Assembly (NCBI GenBank): GCA_030167865.1
Contig: JALAGF010004261.1
Location: 1-39,182, forward strand
Direction: 5' to 3'
DNA from: Craspedostauros australis
Lineage: Eukaryota
DNA: 39,182 nt
The number at the start of each line of letters is the position of its first letter. Position 1 is the stretch's first letter. Positions 36,006-39,182 of this stretch are shown here, in pieces. The translations under genes and the position numbers were made by a program. Below the pieces are notes generated by a model, which was not told the origin of the DNA, did not search any database, and saw only the letters and a list, made by a program, of their open reading frames with translations.

Positions 36006-37613
36006 ATGGATGTCGAAGACCAGGTTGATCTATTCCTAGAAGCATGCGAAAGTAATAACTTGGAACGCGTCGAAAGGTTGGTCGACGTGTTTGATGATGA
36101 CACATTTTGCAACCTTATGCACCATCCCGGCGATTCGCCACTCCACCATGCTTGTCGCTATGGAAGTACCGAAGTCGCGAAGTACTTGCTGACATTCGTC
36201 TCAGATGCCACAGACACAAATAACGACGGCGCAACACCACTCCACGATGCATGCGAAGGCGGGTGCAGGGAGATTGTGGAGTGCCTGATGGGGTCAGATA
36301 AAGTTGATGTGAATGCCAGCGCTCAGGACGTTCGGGGCCAGACACCGTTGCACCACGCCTGCAGCCTAGGACATCGAGACGTCGTCGAGTACTTCCTCCA
36401 GTCTGATCGAGACGATGTTGATGTCAACATCCCAGACAAAGATGGGATGACACCACTTCATCGCGCCTGTGTGTACGGATCCAAAGATGTGGTGAAATGT
36501 TTGGTGGGATCTAGTCGAGTTCAAGTCATGGCAGAAGACAACGATCGCAACAACTTACTCCACCACGTTTGCGGAGGATATCAGAGTGATGTGCTGGGGT
36601 GTCTGGTGCAATCAAGCCGAGTTGACGTTGACGCGAACATCAACAAGCAGAACAAGCACGGAGGCACCCCCTTGCATTCAGCATGTTCTCGGCACGACCT
36701 GAGACTAGTCAAATACTTGATGGAGTCGGATGATATCGGTGTTGAAGTCGATGCCAACATTCAAAACCATGACGGCAACACGCCTCTGCACTCTGCATGC
36801 TTGCGTCCAAATCTCGACCGCATTCAGGACTTGCTCCAGTTCCACAAGATCTGTGGTAGTCTCCACATCCAAAACAACAAAGGTGACACACCACTCCATG
36901 TGGCCTTCAGCGCAGAAGTGTTCGCAACCTTCAACCACACCAACAGATTCGCCAACCTCTTCGGCTTTATTCAACAGCAACTCATTGCCACAACCAGACT
37001 CAGCGATCTCTCTCATCCAAACAACCGCGTGAAGGATGCACCCATCATCCAACGATTGATGGACGCGGCTAAACCGATCGCAAACATCCAGAATCGTCGA
37101 GGCGAAACACTCCTCCATCTTGCATGTCTGAGTGAGAAGTGCAATGTATCCATCCTTCGAGATTTGGTGGGACATGACTCGGTGGATGCAACGCTTCAGA
37201 ACAGCGACGGTGACACTGCCCTGCACTGCATTTGCAAAGCCAAAGGCGAAGGTGAAGGCGACAATGATCGCAAAGACCGCGTGGAGAAGATGAAACTACT
37301 GATCGAATCGAGCAACGTCAAGGTGGACATGAACATCAAGAACAAGCAAGGGGACACAGTCCTGCACTGCGTGGCCAAGCACACTCGGGATTACTTCGAG
37401 CTGATCGAGCATCTGATGTCGCTGGAGGAGATGGATCCGCAGGTGAAAAACGAAGCTGGCAAGACGGCGTTGGGGTGTGCGCGGAACAAAAGACGTCGTG
37501 CGAAGATGGCGAAGCTGCTTGAGTTGAGGTCTGCTGGTCATGCCTCCGCGAAAAGGGGACTCGGTTCCGACATGACCCTGCAGGCCACACGAAACAAGAA
37601 ACGGCAACGGTAG
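36006..37613 (+). CDS. Ankyrin-repeat protein with basic C-terminal NLS-like tail
   Basis: About 10 repeats of G(D/A/Q/M/N)TPLHxAC...DVN; C-terminal RNKRRRAK and RNKKRQR. A short upstream exon (35653-35697) is possible. Confidence 0.95.
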   Translation: MDVEDQVDLFLEACESNNLERVERLVDVFDDDTFCNLMHHPGDSPLHHACRYGSTEVAKYLLTFVSDATDTNNDGATPLHDACEGGCREIVECLMGSDKVDVNASAQDVRGQTPLHHACSLGHRDVVEYFLQSDRDDVDVNIPDKDGMTPLHRACVYGSKDVVKCLVGSSRVQVMAEDNDRNNLLHHVCGGYQSDVLGCLVQSSRVDVDANINKQNKHGGTPLHSACSRHDLRLVKYLMESDDIGVEVDANIQNHDGNTPLHSACLRPNLDRIQDLLQFHKICGSLHIQNNKGDTPLHVAFSAEVFATFNHTNRFANLFGFIQQQLIATTRLSDLSHPNNRVKDAPIIQRLMDAAKPIANIQNRRGETLLHLACLSEKCNVSILRDLVGHDSVDATLQNSDGDTALHCICKAKGEGEGDNDRKDRVEKMKLLIESSNVKVDMNIKNKQGDTVLHCVAKHTRDYFELIEHLMSLEEMDPQVKNEAGKTALGCARNKRRRAKMAKLLELRSAGHASAKRGLGSDMTLQATRNKKRQR

Positions 37614-39182
37614 GCAATGCACACATACATACGAGTATTCTACAGTTGACATCATATGCCACATCTATGTCTGGCAGTCGTCAGATCTCTCTATCGTACT
37701 CTATTCCAAACGCTACTCTAGTACGTTCACGCCCTGTGTTCGTTTGCAGCACATTGAATCAGCCTGTGCGCACATGAGCAACACATGTGGCGGGTGTGGA
37801 AGTGGCCACCGCGGGAACATCTCAGTTTTTTGCCAAACAATGTATCATGCGGCAGCATAATACCTTTCGTGGCATACTCGCCGCATCAAACTCTTCTTCA
37901 TTCCACCGGATTCCCAGCCTGGCATCGGCGCTGACATCAGAGTTTGTGGCCGTTGAGTGATGATTTGCGACGGCTTCGTTGGAGTTCGCACCAGACCTGT
38001 TGTTACGATTGGTCGATGCAATTGATGCTGTGAAGCGCGGCGTCTTGTGTCGTTGCCAGCATTTGCTTCAGCACGGCGCCTCCTTCGTGTCCACGTTAAT
38101 GATGTTGTTGTGATCCTCAAAGTCTGTCGCCGCAGTGCGCGATGTGCGTGCATGCGTGCCTTCCCACGGCAGTGCATGGACCCTGCAGTTCGACACTGTA
38201 CTCTTCAGCAACTTCAGTCGTCTTGACTGCACGGAATTTCGATCAGAGTATCAGCCTGGAGGCTTTGCAACGGCAACTGCTCATGGAAAGTTCCATGATC
38301 GTCGAGTTGTCGCAGACCAACCAGCGGGGCCTTCCCACAATGTCTCTTGGAAGTTGATGCCTCATCATCTTGTCCCACTGTTTGTGTTCATGATGTGAAA
38401 ACGATGCGGCGAGACCACGAGTAATTTGACGAAGAGGTGTGGGTTGTTCCTCGAATTCTCCATCGTGGAGCTTCACTTCCTCATGTTGTCTCCTGCTCCG
38501 CTCTGCGATCCCAGCGTTGGGTCTCATTTCCGGCCTTTGGGAGGGTCATCATCGCCATCATCGCCATCATCGCCATCGTCGAACAGAGCTGAGTGACAAC
38601 AAAAATGACCGTTCCAGCTTGAGCATGTGTTTGCGTCCTCGTCATCGTTGATTTTCCAGCCGCACAATCGTGGCAAATCGAGACCCGCCATTTTTGAGAG
38701 GAATCAGCCACGGATGACATACAGACGAGTGAAGCGCGCCAAAATTCTTGACACCGCCCGAAAAAGAGATCTTTGGTTCGGCGAAGTTCCCACCAAATGA
38801 CCATGACCACGTTTGCGTTGATGGAAGTGTCGCCAACATGGAAGCAGCGCCAGCCAAGCAACGAAGCGGCGAGGCAAGCAAGCGGCTGCGCGAAATGCGG
38901 TGGGGTACGCCGAACAGATTGAACAGAAACGACCAAGGTAAGAGATGATGCCACCACCATGTACACCATGACCCACGCTTGCTTGTGTGATCGTGGCATC
39001 TGCAAGACCGCTGACGCTTGTCCGCCTGCCATCGCAAGCACCAACTTGTGGTGCGAGCCAATGCCTCGAACAAAGATGAAGCCACTGACGTGACTGCGTT
39101 TGTTGGTTGCCTTTGTTGCTTGCGACCCATCTCATTTGGACTTGGCTGGTTGCCATCCCACCGCATTGCAAGCATCACCATC

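Noticed and set aside
37845-39182. Short ORFs at the right end
   Set aside because: No consistent frame, splice model or recognisable motif; cannot support a gene call.

Overview
Eukaryotic nuclear DNA with GT-AG introns and many microsatellites. The gene content suggests a stramenopile, probably a pennate diatom (inference). The first ~8 kb is a 'graveyard' of C->T-eroded sequence: a truncated Tc1/mariner transposase and several stop-interrupted or frameshifted gene relics, one ARM-like and one RING-like. From 9.2 kb on there are eight intact-looking genes: (1) a 1000-aa protein with an apparent BRCT-like + UIM + J-domain + OTU-like architecture; (2) a class I SAM methyltransferase; (3,4) two tandem paralogous secreted proteins with a Cys-rich domain, a Pro/Thr mucin-like repeat, a (MS)n linker and a KxxK/RxL tail; (5) a GH2 LacZ-type beta-galactosidase with a hydrophobic N-terminal extension; (6) ARP4; (7) an ExoIII/APE1-family AP endonuclease with AT-hooks and an inserted PIP box, with E2F-like sites upstream; (8) an ankyrin-repeat protein. 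The most novel-looking items are the J-domain/OTU fusion, the PIP-box AP endonuclease and the secreted paralog pair. All domain calls come from recognising motifs by eye; no searches were run.
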